A stretch of 63,934 nt of DNA, the filler included, from Octopus bimaculoides (Eukaryota), in assembly GCF_001194135.2 (NCBI RefSeq). It is 7 parts of 7 records of this genome, joined end to end, with 100 filler letters (N's around TTAATTAATTAA, not from the genome) between each part and the next. Parts side by side here need not be neighbours in the genome. Positions count along the whole stretch, not along the records: positions 24,695 to 54,817 come from NC_068999.1; positions 54,918 to 58,584 come from NC_068995.1; positions 58,685 to 62,502 come from NC_068982.1; positions 62,603 to 63,934 come from NC_068987.1; 3 more parts are not named here. One strand, given 5' to 3'. The notes beneath the pieces are model-generated. The model ran no database searches. It worked only from the letters and a program-made list of their open reading frames with translations, and was not told the DNA's origin. The position numbers were made by a program, and so were the translations under genes. Shown piece by piece: positions 49,938 to 63,934 of this stretch (positions are counted from its first letter, which is position 1; each line of letters opens with the position of its first letter).

Positions 49938-51234
49938 ACAGAAAGATCATATTGTTATATAAATATGATTAGAATATCGATAAATATTTTTGTAAATATT
50001 TAATTCGTAATTTTAACTACAAAATATTTTGCTTTACTTCTCATGGAAGGTACAGCCCCAGTTTTTTTCTTCTTTATCTAATCTCTAATGTGCCATGAAT
50101 TCAAAAGAATCGAGAATTACAGCAATAAAGTTTTAGACGATGGAAATTTGGCTTTGATTTCTTTTAGAAATGCATAAAAACAGCAGAGTGTAGTATGAGT
50201 GTAGCATATTCCATACGTTCGCTGTTTTAAGTTTGTTTTTATTGTCGTAGACATATACATCTCCTCGATTCCTTTAATGTTGGCCCAGGGGAACATTCAA
50301 GACGTAGTAGCTGGGCTCGAGGAGAAGGCTGTGCCGGGTACTGGCTGGTATCGTATTAGAATGAAGAAACGTGAAACGACGTACCTTGCTGATGAACACA
50401 TCTCACTGACCGACTCGGGAATTGAACGCAAGAATCCAAGTCATGTCTTCTCACAGAAAAGCAAAAAAAAAACAAAAAAAAAACGAAAAGTTCTCATGAA
50501 TACACTGTTGTAGATGTAAGCATTGTAGTATTGAAGGCATATTTCAATATCTTTCATGTTTATAGGAAAAGACTAAAAAAAAAAAAATCAATCTGTTTTC
50601 TTGGAATCTTAAAATCTTCCCAAATCTTCTCGGAAGTATCTTGGAACTTAGCATCATATTCTTCCCGATCAAGGGTTATTAGCTAATTTACACGGGTTAT
50701 TAATTTATTTTGTCCAAGTGGTGCAAGATTTCAGTCAATGAGAGCATATTAATCCGGTACAGTTGAGTATATACCCGTTTTCTCTTTTTCTTGGCTGTAC
50801 AAGTTTTACGATAGGATCGTGCAAAAAAGTCCGCTCCTTTTTGAATGAAAAAAAAAATAACCAGGCCGTCTTGCGACGAGTGAAATTTTCTCAGGTGTGT
50901 TCTCTAATGTCAGTTTTTAGTCTTACTACACCAACCGTTCCCTTCTTGTTCGTTCCCCACCTTTTTCCTGAAACGGTCTTAGTAAATTTGAAGTATCTGT
51001 TCTTAATTCGAACTACGTATGCTACTCTTTGTGACTAGTCCCAAAAGATAGTTACTTCGATGTTGGTGGTCTTTGCTTTGTCGGCATTTCTCTCATTTCC
51101 TATTGAAGTTGCTTCAAAATCGATGCTGGTGAAAGTTCTCCATTTAGATAAAGTACTGATGGTTGCTGACTAAGATTTAAATCTGTGTATGAGAACGAGG
51201 ACCATAACTGTATCATAGACGAGTAAATTCTTAC

Positions 51235-51412
51235 CGACTGGAGTTTCTTGTGAAAATGCCCGCGCTCGAAGACGTCCAAGCGAACATTTCATGATTTTTG
51301 CTTTGGTGGTGGTCAAGAGACGATTCGCAAGTATTCAAATTTGCAGATGTTCTCCAAAAGCAACTTTCAATCTTGAAAGCAGGCAGTGAAGAGTTGAACA
51401 TCTCCAAAGACT
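51235..51412 (-). CDS. Candidate spliced exon, 178 nt (SLEMFNSSLPAFKIESCFWRTSANLNTCESSLDHHQSKNHEMFAWTSSSAGIFTRNSS); coding status unproven
   Basis: Strong acceptor ttgctttttattgtatttcCAG|, strong donor CG|GTAAGA, one frame open throughout (phase 1 to 2), composition turns AT-rich at the acceptor. No homology recognised. Confidence 0.4.
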
Positions 51413-52063
51413 CTGGAAATACAATAAAAAGCAAATTCTTCACTTTTAGATATTTAATTATTGACGGAATACTGAAGGTTAGTCACATGTATCAGAGATA
51501 TATATTTTTTTCTATCGCCTCGCAGTAAATTAGTTGGAATAGCTTCCTATTTCTCTCGAATCCTATGTCGATTCTTAAAGAAAGTTCCGGCTGCACGATG
51601 TGCATAATGGCTGTTATAAATATATTTGGTAAAACGATAGAATCCTAGTTGATTCTGAATTTAGTTCTGAAAGCGTCTGTTGAGCGACCATAGTCAGAAC
51701 AATGGTAAACATTTTGTCCTGATGAAAACTTAGGATCATGAAAATCCTCACAGGACAGCAAAAACACGAAAGAAGAGGACAAGTGTTAGTGTTAAACGCC
51801 TTGATGATGGAATTCACAGAATATTTTTCAGATAGTAGTTAGGATGGATTAATCTCACCTGATTATGTTAAACGATTTTTAGTCGCATGTACGACCATCT
51901 CGATTAAGAATTTCCGTTGATGTTACAGTCTAACGAGTAGCATTTAGGGATGTTCTGCAAATAAGATTTTCAGGAGACGGACTTAAACTGTCGCCCTGTT
52001 TAATACCACTAACTGCAACACAGGTGCACTTTAGTGGAGGAGCCTACCTTGATGAACGCATTC

Positions 52064-52212
52064 TGGGCTTCTTTCGGATATCGTCTACCAAATTCACTCA
52101 CTAGGCTTTGTTCGCATCGAACTTGTAGTAGGAAATACTTGCCCAAATTGATATACAGGGTGAATGAACCCGGTACCATCTGGCTGGGTAGCAAACTTCT
52201 TACTATACAGCC
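52064..52212 (-). mobile_element. SINE family A 5' half
   Basis: ggcttctttc...tctaccaaattcactcac...ccggtaccatctggctgggtagcaaacttcttac..acagcc. Confidence 0.8.
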
Positions 52213-52960
52213 ATATTTATATAAGAACGTTGCTATGAATGCATGTAAGCAAATGTGTATGTGCTTGTTTCCAATGCATTTGCAATTTAACATATATGTC
52301 ATATATATTTATATATAAGCAATTTGTCTATGTAATGTATATTATATATGTATGTAATATATGAATGCAATGTAAGTAATAGAAGCGAACGGCTATTTTA
52401 GGACAGCTTGTGTCAAAGGAGATAAGTTGGTCCTTTTTGTAGAAACATCACCAGTAAATGCTGCTGGGAAATAAGATTAAGAAGAGTCTACCACTCAATC
52501 GGTTCAGAGGTCGACACCCTGTTGACACAACCTGCTGCGACTCTTACAAGTTGTACGTTACTGTCTCAGTCGCTCAAAAAATATATATCATGACAATCAA
52601 ATTGACTGGTTCGGTTAAACTGAAATAGAAAAAAAATAATAATGAAGCTAAAATAATTACAAAAAGAAGACAACAAGACTATCAACAAAAACAATTAAGA
52701 AACGACATATAAAGCAACAACGGAAAAGGAGGTCAAAATCTAAAAAGAAAATAGCAATAAGTTGCTAGCTAAATAAATAAATACAAACATATATAACAGA
52801 CGGTAATTTAAATTCTTAGTGTTGTATGTGAAAGTGATAGGTGTCCCAATCAGGTGTACTTCAGAAGGTAAGAGAAATAAATAAAGAGTGAGTGAGAGAA
52901 TAAGAGAATGTGAGTGAGATGGAGAGAGGGAAAGAGAGAGAGAGAGACAGACAGAAATAC

Positions 52961-53037
<77 letters not shown>

Positions 53038-53342
53038 CAGAAATACAGAGAGACAGTGAGCAAGATTGAGCGAGTGATGGAAAGGAAAAACTGTCATGTT
53101 ATGTGACATAGATTTTGTGTTTCTTCATATGACCCAATTCAGAATAGAACAACTACAGGAACAGCAACTTACAACGACAACAACACACAAACACTCACAC
53201 ACACATATATATACACACTTAGATTTACATACACACACGGACACAGATACATAGATACATGTATACACATATACGCATAGAGCTAGAAAGAATATGAGAA
53301 TTCACATTTAACGGAATGAGAAGGTGGTTAGCGTAAACTGAG

Positions 53343-53429
<87 letters not shown>

Positions 53430-53832
53430 GCACAACAGTAAGCCTAAAATAAACACTAAAGAATTGTATTATGTTCTCTCGGTTCTTAGCTCCATGTGAC
53501 CTTATGAACTCTTCTTGTACAGATGTTAGATGTGCCAGAGGAGGAAGAGGAGCCGATATGTAGGATAGTTGGTTTTAGCAAAACATCCAAATCATAGACA
53601 AACTGCAGTCGCGACCCTTTCTAAATAACATAAGAAAAAAAAATTAGAAAAAAACTTGATCTTTTTAAAGTGCAGCCATTCTGATGATGAGCTATGCGTT
53701 GGACAAGATACTTCTCGCAAAAAGTTGACCAGTTCTGGTTTGAACGCTCCGTGTTACAATATCTGCTAAGTTTCCATCCTCCCACACATGGTAGTATATA
53801 AGTATAAGCTGTTGATGCAACAGTAGCAGCAA

Positions 53833-53894
<62 letters not shown>

Positions 53895-55847
53895 ATAGTA
53901 GTAGTAGTAGTAACACTTGTTGCTATTGTCTTTGATGATGATGTTTCGCTTCTTGTTCACCCTTGATCGTGTAAAGGAGTCTTGAATATGACCGTCCATC
54001 TATGTGGCCATGCAAGCTGCAAGGAAAAGCAGCCAAATCACTCCTGCCTCAAATCACACAAATGCGTTTTAAATAACGAAAGATACATTGAATAAGGATT
54101 TTGCTGATACATATAACAATGAGATGGCCACGAATGAGACATCTTCAATCAAATCTCACATAGGCTAAACAACAAGGAAACGATAAAAGAATAAGTTTAC
54201 ATTTCTTGTTTTCCTTTCTGAAACAAGGGCATGAAACACGAGTTACAGCTGCCGTTGTTGAACCCCGGTTCAACACTAATAGATTTATGATGAAAGTTGT
54301 TTCAGTAATGAGATTCTCGACATTTTAATGAAGGGTATAAGGCCGTGAGCCAAACACACAGTGCCACTGGAGCATCGGATTGATTGACATGTTGAACGCA
54401 GGCTTCGTTGCAGGTCGAGATGTTTCGAAGGACCTTTAATTTCGATTCATTCCTTACTTTTGGTTACCTAAGTCCTTGAATGTCAGGGCTCATTGAGTAC
54501 GATTATCGATTAAGGATCGTGGAAAATTCCCTATCAAGGAGTTTACCTTCAGTTCCTGGAGTCTTATGTCACAGATGTCAGGTTCTTTGTAAAAATTCGT
54601 GTATGTAGGAGCAACAGATATTGATATAGATCTATATTAATATGGTGTATGAGTATAAATATGTGAGTGACAAAAACAGCGCTTGCTTGTATCACATTTC
54701 ACGGATGTATTAATGTATCTAATTGTATAGTTGTATACCCAAAAGGACATATACACAAATTCATGAGTATATACATAATCCTATATCTCCATATATATAT
54801 ATATATATATATATATANNNNNNNNNNNNNNNNNNNNNNNNNNNNNNNNNNNNNNNNNNNNTTAATTAATTAANNNNNNNNNNNNNNNNNNNNNNNNNNN
54901 NNNNNNNNNNNNNNNNNTATATATATTTATATATTTATATGTACATATATATATTTGTTTGTGCGTCTGTGTGTACATGAGTGTATATGAATTGTTTTAA
55001 TTATATCTTTATACACGCACATACACTCATAAAGAAAAACTGGCACAATGTTAGTTACGACAATCATAAGTATCTAAAACTTCTTCACCACTCTTCCACT
55101 CTTCCAATTTCATTTTTCCTCTTAAAAGGAAAACTTTCGTCTATTTGGACTATATGTGGTACTTCTGAACGGCTGTCTGTCTGCTAACATTGCTGATGGG
55201 CATGCAACATGTCACTGGAATTTCACATATAAAGTCCAGGTTCATGTGAAAAAGTGTGAAGATCGACAATTGACTTTCTTCTGGAAAAGTATTAAGACAT
55301 TATTTGGAAATTGTAAAGCGGAACGAATGGTAGATTCGGACTGTCCGTATTTTAAAACCACAAATTATTTTTTTTAAATGTGTGGGAGGTTTTTTTTAAT
55401 TTTTTGTTGTTGCATAATCATATCATTTTCATTATGCTGAAGAGAGAATCGAAAAAAATTGCAAACATTCGAAAAAATATAAACGTTATGAGGGGTTTTA
55501 GCATGTGCTTACATCATAATTCCGCCCATTCATATATTGGTATAGATTGCTATATATTCAAGAATATTTGTAATGGAAGAGTATGATAGTTTAATTGAGT
55601 GTCTATTGATATGTAAGGTTTATGATACGGGCAAGATTTAGGTAAGTATTAATTCGAAGCTGAACGGATGTTGTAGTCACGTTAGAAGCAACATTTAGAC
55701 TGAAGGCAGAGGGAGGGGGAGTTGAGCTACAAAATATTCTTACACAAATTCTTCTTTCTTCTTTTCTTCTTTTAAATTCGGATTAAATGCAGTAGAGTCT
55801 AAAGCAGTTTGGTGGCTATGATAGTTAATTATTTATCTGATTTAAAT

Positions 55848-55966
<119 letters not shown>

Positions 55967-56558
55967 GCCTTTGCACGGCTTCTAACGCTGGCGATGCACT
56001 GCGGTGTCAGCTGTTTACTACCAATGAACTAAATTAACACCTCTAATTTTTTTAACACCTTCCGGTGTATTCGGGCGGTTCCAAGCAGTGCTGCTTTCTG
56101 CAAGTGCTCCACCCTTATTGCAGCCCCTATTTGTTCCACGTACCTCTCGAGACTTTTGCTCACTGTTCCCAGGGCTCCGGCAATTATTGGTACTACTGCT
56201 ACCTCTTTCTTCGACCAACACTGCTTAACTTCTCAAGCTAACATCTCATATCTCTCAACTCTTTTTTCTTCTTTATCGCATACCTTTTTGTCAGCTGGGC
56301 ATGCTATATCTATGTTCCAGCATAGTTTGCTTTCTTTCCCAATTAATACAATGTCTGGTTTCCTATTCTCTATCTCATGGTCACACTGAATCATAAAATC
56401 CCATAGAATCTTTGTATTCTTATTTTCGACGATGCCTTCGGGTTTGTAGTCGTACCACTGTTTTGCTCTGTCAAGTCCATACTTGTTGCAAAGTGTCCAA
56501 TGGACAAGCCTGGCTATATTGTCGTGGCGTCGCTTATATTTCTTCTGGTGCTACCAGC
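55967..56558 (-). mobile_element. 5'-truncated R4/Dong-clade element with near-intact RLE domain
   Basis: One frame: KYKRRHDNIARLVHWTLC...WYDYKPEGIVEN...KILWDFMIQCD...RKPDIVL...IDIACPAD...LA*EVK...VVPIIAGALG...LLGTARI. A single in-frame stop. The 3' UTR ends in (AAT)n. Confidence 0.92.
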
Positions 56559-56559
56559 A

Positions 56560-56845
56560 TCATGATCATGTGATGAAAACTCTCAGCTTATTTTGTTGGA
56601 TATGATGAAAGGCGTCAGCTCTCCACTGCCAGCAGACTAAAGGGACACTTGTTTACTAATCATGCTTCAAGAACCTTGCGGAGAATTATTGCAGTCCCAA
56701 GCAATGATGATTTTGTTAGGTCTTCTATCGTTACACTTGTACCAATGTTTTTCAGCCATGTTGATAGTTGAATGCTGATACTTTCAATCGCACCAGTTAC
56801 TATTGGTACCACGTCCACTCTCTTCATTGCATGCATCCTGCGTTC
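56560..56845 (-). mobile_element. Second R4/Dong 3' end in tandem, distinct lineage
   Basis: RMHAMKRVDVVPIVTGAIESISIQLSTWLKNIG...LLGTAIILRKVLEA* (stop at plus 56660-56662) followed by a short, different 3' UTR. Confidence 0.82.
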
Positions 56846-56899
56846 ACTTTTTCTTTTCCTTTCTGTTTGACCCTGTTGTCAGCGAGACATATACATCTC

Positions 56900-58200
56900 G
56901 GTTTATTATTATTAGCACTATAGGTACTATTATTAGAGTTATTAATATTATTTTCATCCTTAAAGTTAGGTGTAATGTACACATTGCTGAGTGCTTTCCC
57001 TACAACTTTTGCTGGGTCTTCCATCCTTACTAGGATCGTGCATTTATATAAGCAATTTTTATTGTTATTTACTGTTAGACTGGGAATGTCACAAGGGCAG
57101 CTACTACTAAATTTATAAACCGTATTGCTATTGGGCAGTATATAATTGCAATTGTCATCTATTTTCACCAGCTCTAGATAAAGCTTCATTGTAGTAATTA
57201 GGGTTTCGGTTGAGAATATCATGGACAGCGGAGAGCTATGATATAAAGGATGTTATATTATTTGCTACACAACATACGACGGCTTTGGGTGCTTTGACAA
57301 GTTATCTATGTTTTAGTTGTTGATTTGGCTTATGGAAATTTTTACAGTAGTCAGTACTAAGATTTAATGTGACGTCTAGAAAGTTTACTATTTACAGTTG
57401 TCATCGAATGTAACAAACAATCTTACATTCTTAAAGTGTCTAATAAGGTATTTCTTACATATATATTAGTCAACATCGCTCGAATTGCATATAGTGATCA
57501 AAGAATCATCCCTATCAAACCGGCTGCAACATTACGAAATTCATTTTTAGTACAGTATAATAAGTATACCCCTAAGAGATCAGTGACCTGCATGGTGTCA
57601 TTAGGCCCCACGGTTATATCAAGATTATTTTCCCAATTTTTTCACGTGCAAAATATATCATTAAATTTAGTAATTGTTCTTCTGGTTGCTACAATATTTT
57701 CTGCATCAACGCTTTGCTTAAAAGTATAGGAATGATGGAAGTGTAGTAATTATCAATGTCAAACTGTAGAAGGTAATTTTATCATTAAGATCACTGAGCC
57801 ATTTAATTACTTCCATAGGGTCAGACCACAGTTCAGGGGATATCTTCATTATGAGTATAGGTATGATTCCGTCTAAAAGTTTACTTATTCCTACCGATAT
57901 CTAACTTCGACAGATTAATCTAACAGAAGGTTTAATTACGAAATTCTAATTATGATCTTTAAGAGCGACTCCAGGAGTTCAACTATCTTGAATATTTTAC
58001 AGACATATGTCTTTCTTTGTTAATACTTATTAGGTCGGGATTTCATGCTAATTTATAATTCTTGTTAACTTCTTTTTGTTGAGGCTGTAGTATGTCTTTT
58101 ATATCCAGTTAATAACAGTTTCCAGGTTTATCAGCTGGAACCAAGATCCAAGGTGGATTTCACAGCTTTTAAAGCAAATCTTTCCGTTTACAGAGGTATC
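56900..58200 (-). mobile_element. Decayed Penelope-like element reverse transcriptase region
   Basis: Minus fragments LVPADKPGN, PSVRLI...ISKLLD...W...EVIKW, LDITVGPNDTMQVTDLLGVYLL, RDDSL and YYNEALSRAG follow PLE RT motif order. Many stops and frameshifts. Confidence 0.75.
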
Positions 58201-58234
58201 TATTCTGCTTGTAAATATTTATTTTGAATATATA

Positions 58235-58555
58235 GGCGCAGACGTGGCTGTGTGGTCAGAAAGTTGGTGCCTTACCACATGGTTCCAGGTTCAGTCCCAC
58301 TATGTGGCACCTTGGGCAAATGTTTTCTACTATAGCCACGGGCCGAATAGAGCATTGTTAGTAGACTTGGTAGATGGAAACAGAACAAAATCCTTCGTAA
58401 ATATGTATATGTGTGTGTACATGCATGCATGTGTGTGCGTACGTGTGTGTGTGTGTGTGTTCATCTGCTCGCCACCGCTTGACAACTTGTGCTGACGTAT
58501 CTACGTCCCCGTAACATAGACGTTCGTGAAAAGAGACCGATAGAATAAGCAGTCA
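58235..58555 (+). mobile_element. SINE family A with internal (TG)n
   Basis: ggcgcagacgtggctgtgtgg...ggttcagtcccac...ggcaccttgggcaa...gagaccgatagaataag. Confidence 0.88.
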
Positions 58556-59314
58556 GATGACTAAGAGAAGTATTATATATATATNNNNNNNNNNNNNNNN
58601 NNNNNNNNNNNNNNNNNNNNNNNNNNNNTTAATTAATTAANNNNNNNNNNNNNNNNNNNNNNNNNNNNNNNNNNNNNNNNNNNNTATATATGCGAGTAAA
58701 AATAAATACAAAAAAAGGGGTTTGTATGATTGTGTATAGAGGAATATATTATTCTGTTTAAAAGAGTTCCAGCACTGTCTGTTTTTTGTTTTATTTATAT
58801 TCCTGCAAAACCAATGTGGGATATAGAATATGGAATATACAATATATAATATAATATACAATATATAATATAAAATAAAAATGGATGGTACAATGAAATA
58901 AAGTATTGAATGTCTTATTGAATATATGGAATATGTCTTATTGAATAGATGAAATATTGAGTGTTCAATATAAAGGATTAAATATATAAAGGCGAATACG
59001 TATTTTCTATACCTTGTGGTATTTCATCATGGCCGGTATGACAGACTTTAACAGACTGTTAAAATTTTGGAGAAAATTAAGGTATATTAGAATCAGCGAG
59101 GCTACATACTCATAAGGTTTCCACTTATAGTAATGCTAACCAAGTATGTAGAAGCTACCACGGTACAAATGTAGGCAATTTATTATTACGTCACACACAC
59201 ATACGCACACACGCCCCTCACACGCACGCCCATACACACTCACACACACACAAACACACGCAAAAGCATAAACAAACACACTCACACTCACACACACAAA
59301 TGTGTGAGTCTCTT

Positions 59315-60068
<754 letters not shown>

Positions 60069-60814
60069 CATCCCAGGGAGAACAGAACTGTTTCGCTGAA
60101 TTTAAATCATAAATTCTTAATACTGAGCAGCTTTACAACTTCGAGAAAACTTTTATTGCAGAGACAATCTTTCTGTTATAACGTTAATTAAAGAGAACAA
60201 ATAATATGTGTTACAGTAGCCTGCAGGAATCAAATTTGCAACTTATGCAAACTCCAGGAATTCCAACAGAACCTGAGTTAAAAGAAATGATAATAATAAA
60301 GAATTCTTTCTTTATTCGGTAAGTCTTTTCTCTATAAATTATGTATAAGAAATACACAATTTTTCGCATTGTATAATCTAAATTATGTTAGTACATTTAT
60401 GAATAGTAATTTTTCGATTCTAATTTAAGGCAATTATCTAAAAGACTAACAAACAAACAAGCAAAAATAGAATATGTTGTTATATCAGTGACAGAAAATT
60501 GTTAAAAATTTCATTTACAAAAATGAAATTAACATTTTACAAATGTTAAGTTCCACTTCAAGCGAATGTCACGTGGTTACTATTGCGTTTCATTTAATAT
60601 AATTCCCCTTTAATCGGATGAATCCAATGAATTATGAAATTTAGTATAATCAACCGTTATTAAGACTATAAGGTACTTCAAATACTAACTCTTAACAGTA
60701 TAAAATTCGTAATTCTCTCTAGTCATGTGAAAATAGAGAAATTATTGAATATTTCGTTCAAAGATACAATTAAATTTTACTGAAAAGATATTAAAATGAA
60801 ATACACACATACAC

Positions 60815-60815
60815 A

Positions 60816-60856
<41 letters not shown>

Positions 60857-60952
60857 GCCTGCCTGTCTGTCTGTCTGTCTGTCTGTATGTCTGTCTGTCT
60901 GTCCGTCTGTCTGTCTTTCTGTCTGTCTTTCTGTCTATCTGTCTGTCTGTCC

Positions 60953-61016
<64 letters not shown>
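60815..61016. repeat. (TCTA)n/(TCTG)n tetranucleotide microsatellite
   Basis: Direct reading. Abuts the LINE 5' junction. Confidence 0.95.
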
Positions 61017-61017
<1 letters not shown>

Positions 61018-62502
61018 ATGTGGGAGTGGATAGGAGTAGAAGGGGCTGTAAGTGCCTCAAAGACCTGCTCAGACGTTTCCATTTGTCTGACAGGTTCCGA
61101 CTCGACCATCCGAACGTGCCAACGTGGACTTGGACAAACCGCGTCGGATCGTCGAGATCGTATCTAGATAGAGTTCTATGTAGGACAGCGGATAGAGATA
61201 GTGTAGGATGTCCACAATTTAAAATAGTCAGATACACAGATCACAAGTTTGTGACGTGTACGCTCGACTTAGATAAGACACATAGGCAGGGTCCCGGTTA
61301 CTGGAAACTGAACGCTTCGCTCTTAGCACGGCAGGATTACAGGAACCTGATTAGCGAATTAATTAAGAGCGCGTTAACAGGAGCCATCGTTAACAACCGC
61401 TGGTGGTTTGCCCTGAAAATGGCAATTAAATCGGAATCTATTAGGTTTAGTAAAGAACTAGCGATAGATCGAAATAGAGTAGAGGGAGACTTAGTTAAGA
61501 AACTAGAAGAGGCACTTACAACTGGCAGCGAGGATGGCCCTCGACCAACACCTCAACGCCAAACACGAAGGTTGCGTCGTCAGAGCGAAAATGCGTGCCT
61601 TAAGGAACGAAGGGATCGAAGCTGCGCGAGAAGCCCGGGTGGCGGAGGCGCAACGCGGTAACAGAGCCACCATTCGGTCTCTAATCGATGAACAGGGATG
61701 CAGTTTTCTCGAACCCGAAAGGATGTATGGGACATTTCAACAGCACTTTGCTCGACTGTTCGGTGCGAGCGGTGGAGATGGAACGCAGGATGGACTTCAG
61801 TGCCTACCTGACCGGCCTGCCGTGGCTCTCGGTGGGAGAGGCAGGGTGTCGTGAGGGTCCCATCACAGCTGCTGAAGTAAGGGATGCTGCGTTGGTCTGC
61901 GCGAGAGATAAGTCGCCTGGATTGGATGGTCTACCCTACGAGCTGTATTGCCAAATGCCAGACTTGTTTGGTGACCTCTTGGCATCAGTCTACTGCAACT
62001 GGCAACAAAACTGGAGAATTCCCGGTTTCGTGAGCCGAGGTGCAGTGACATTGCTGAAGAAAGACCCAAACAAAGGGAATTCTATAGATAATTTCAGGCC
62101 TATCAGTCTGCTCAACGCAGATTTGAAAATTTTGGCCAAAGTAATAGCCGAGAGGTTGGCGCTTGTCATCGATAAACTGGTCGACAAGGCGCAAACATGC
62201 GCCGTGCCGGGCAGAACCATCCATGACAACCTCCACCTCATGCGCTACATCAGTTAAGGATCCTGGCATGGGCGGGGCGCTGATCAATTTAGATCAATCT
62301 AAAGTCTTCGATAGGGTCGACGATCAATACCTGGCGGCCGTCCTCAGGGCAGCTGGCTTTGGTCCCGTCTTCCGCGGTTGGATCGCTGCCTTGTATAGCG
62401 GCATCCGATCGGTAATTCGGGTAAACGGTCACCTGTCAAAACCGTTCGACATCACGCGTTCGGTCCGTCAGTGATGTCCCCTGTCGGCGCTTCTGTATGT
62501 AT
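61017..62502 (+). mobile_element. Tx1/L1-clade LINE ORF2 fragment (APE endonuclease C-terminus to RT), inactivated
   Basis: [73 protein letters not shown]. At least three frameshifts plus a stop. Ends at an artificial join. Confidence 0.93.
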
Positions 62503-62602
62503 NNNNNNNNNNNNNNNNNNNNNNNNNNNNNNNNNNNNNNNNNNNNTTAATTAATTAANNNNNNNNNNNNNNNNNNNNNNNNNNNNNNNNNNNNNNNNNN
62601 NN

Positions 62603-62624
<22 letters not shown>

Positions 62625-62634
<10 letters not shown>

Positions 62635-62765
62635 ATGGCTAAGGACAATAGAGACCTATAGAATGAGTACCAGGCTAAAAAAATATAAGTACCGGGGCCA
62701 ATTTGTTCGACTAAAATTCTTCAAAACGTTGCCCCAGCATGGCCGATGACTGAAACAAGTGAATG
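62625..62765 (+). mobile_element. SINE family A 3' tip
   Basis: gacctatagaatgagtaccagg...ttcgactaaaattcttcaa...ccccagcatggcc..gactgaaacaagt. Confidence 0.75.
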
Positions 62766-62827
62766 ATAAAAAATATACATATATACACACATACATACAT
62801 AAAAACATACATACTTACACACACACA

Positions 62828-62865
<38 letters not shown>

Positions 62866-63170
62866 TATATAAATATAGAAATAATTAAGATTCAGTTAAA
62901 TTAGGTACTTAAGTTGAGGCACCAAGTCAGTCCGGTATTGTCCGCACAACTCGAAGTTAAGTGAATTACAAGCAAATATATAACAAGGATGTCCAGGTAT
63001 TAGTTCCTTACAGCCGTTTCAAGCAACTCCATTTAATCGATCAATGCAAACATTACATCAGTTTGAAATAAACCACTCTCCTCGGTTGCATACGACCATA
63101 GAGATTTCCAACATACAGGATTCTCCATTATAATTTTTTAGCAAATTATTCCTCGGAATGAATTTAGGGA

Positions 63171-63227
<57 letters not shown>

Positions 63228-63769
63228 NNNNNNNNNNACATACATACATACATACATACATACATACATACATACATACATACAGGGTGCAAGAGGTATG
63301 TGGGGACACATTTGGTAATTTAATGAAATGACTTTGATCTAGCAAAAGTCAAATGTGTTTTTCCTAATACTTTTTGCTTTCTTGAGCTTTCCTGAGCTTT
63401 CTTATAAGGTTATTCTATAGATACAATTTCAGTTTCAATGTATGCTTCAATACGAGACAGGAATCGTTTGACATGCCTGCTCAATAAATTGAAGCGGAAT
63501 TGGCTGAATATTCCAAAGACACGTGTACATTTAACGTAATACGTCGCTCGATACAGCGTTTACACAGTGACAAAATGGAGTCGTTCAATTCATTGGTACA
63601 ATTCATTCAATGGGTTTCCACGCATTCCCATCTGTCTACTTTCAGCCATAAGGTGAGCATCGACCTGTCCCGCTAGTAAAAAGTCTCTTGCCTAGAAAGC
63701 TTGTCCAGGAGTCTCGTAATTGCTGCGTGTAGATATACCCACGCACACGGTTTTGATATATTTTAAATG

Positions 63770-63934
63770 TGTGGCTGTGTGGTAAGAAGTTTTATTTCTC
63801 AGTCACACAATACCGTGTTCAATCTCACTGGGTGGCACCTTGGGGAAGTGTCATCTACTATAGCTTCGTGCCGACAAAAGCCTTGTGAGTGGATTTGGTA
63901 GACGGAAACTGAAAGAAGTCCGTTGTATAGATGT
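63770..63934 (+). mobile_element. SINE family A 5' half (cut by window end)
   Basis: gtggctgtgtggtaag...ggcaccttgggg...gccttgtgagtggatttggtagacggaaactgaaagaag. Confidence 0.88.

Noticed and set aside
50277-50513. 78-aa ORF
   Set aside because: Its 3' part is the antisense of a decayed SINE head (GTTCAATTCC B box) plus A-runs.
51040-51175. Hydrophobic plus-strand frame resembling a GPCR TM6 (VTSMLVVFALSAFLSFP)
   Set aside because: Bounded by stops within about 45 codons, with no other TM motifs in frame.
56824-57222. 132-aa minus-strand ORF
   Set aside because: Runs through frameshifted PLE remnant sequence and an (AAT)-like tract. Not a host gene.

Overview
Eukaryotic, AT-rich, repeat-dominated genomic DNA, most likely an octopus (coleoid cephalopod) draft assembly. 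This is an inference from the SINE families, which I recognise from memory, and from the extreme microsatellite density. About 28 N-gaps (hand tally about 9.4 kb, roughly 15%) sit mostly inside microsatellites. Six of them are artificial 100-bp joins carrying a TTAATTAATTAA spacer. No intact, nameable host gene is visible, and nearly all long ORFs in the track are microsatellite or N artefacts. What can be supported is as follows. (1) At least three tRNA-derived SINE families, many copies each. (2) Four decayed R4/Dong-clade (restriction-like endonuclease) retrotransposon fragments, at least two ending in (TAA)n. (3) Two Tx1/L1-clade LINE fragments. (4) Penelope-like RT and GIY-YIG remnants plus minimal hammerhead-like motifs. 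(5) A mariner deletion derivative. (6) A piggyBac-type MITE amplified into a 161-bp satellite. (7) A 244-bp spacer-less palindrome. (8) A promoter-like motif cluster near 46.8-47.0 kb. (9) A few low-confidence candidate exons. I did not find a convincing new biological system. The best leads are the covarying hammerhead-like motifs, the palindrome, the MITE-derived satellite and the 3' stem-loop shared between SINE families.
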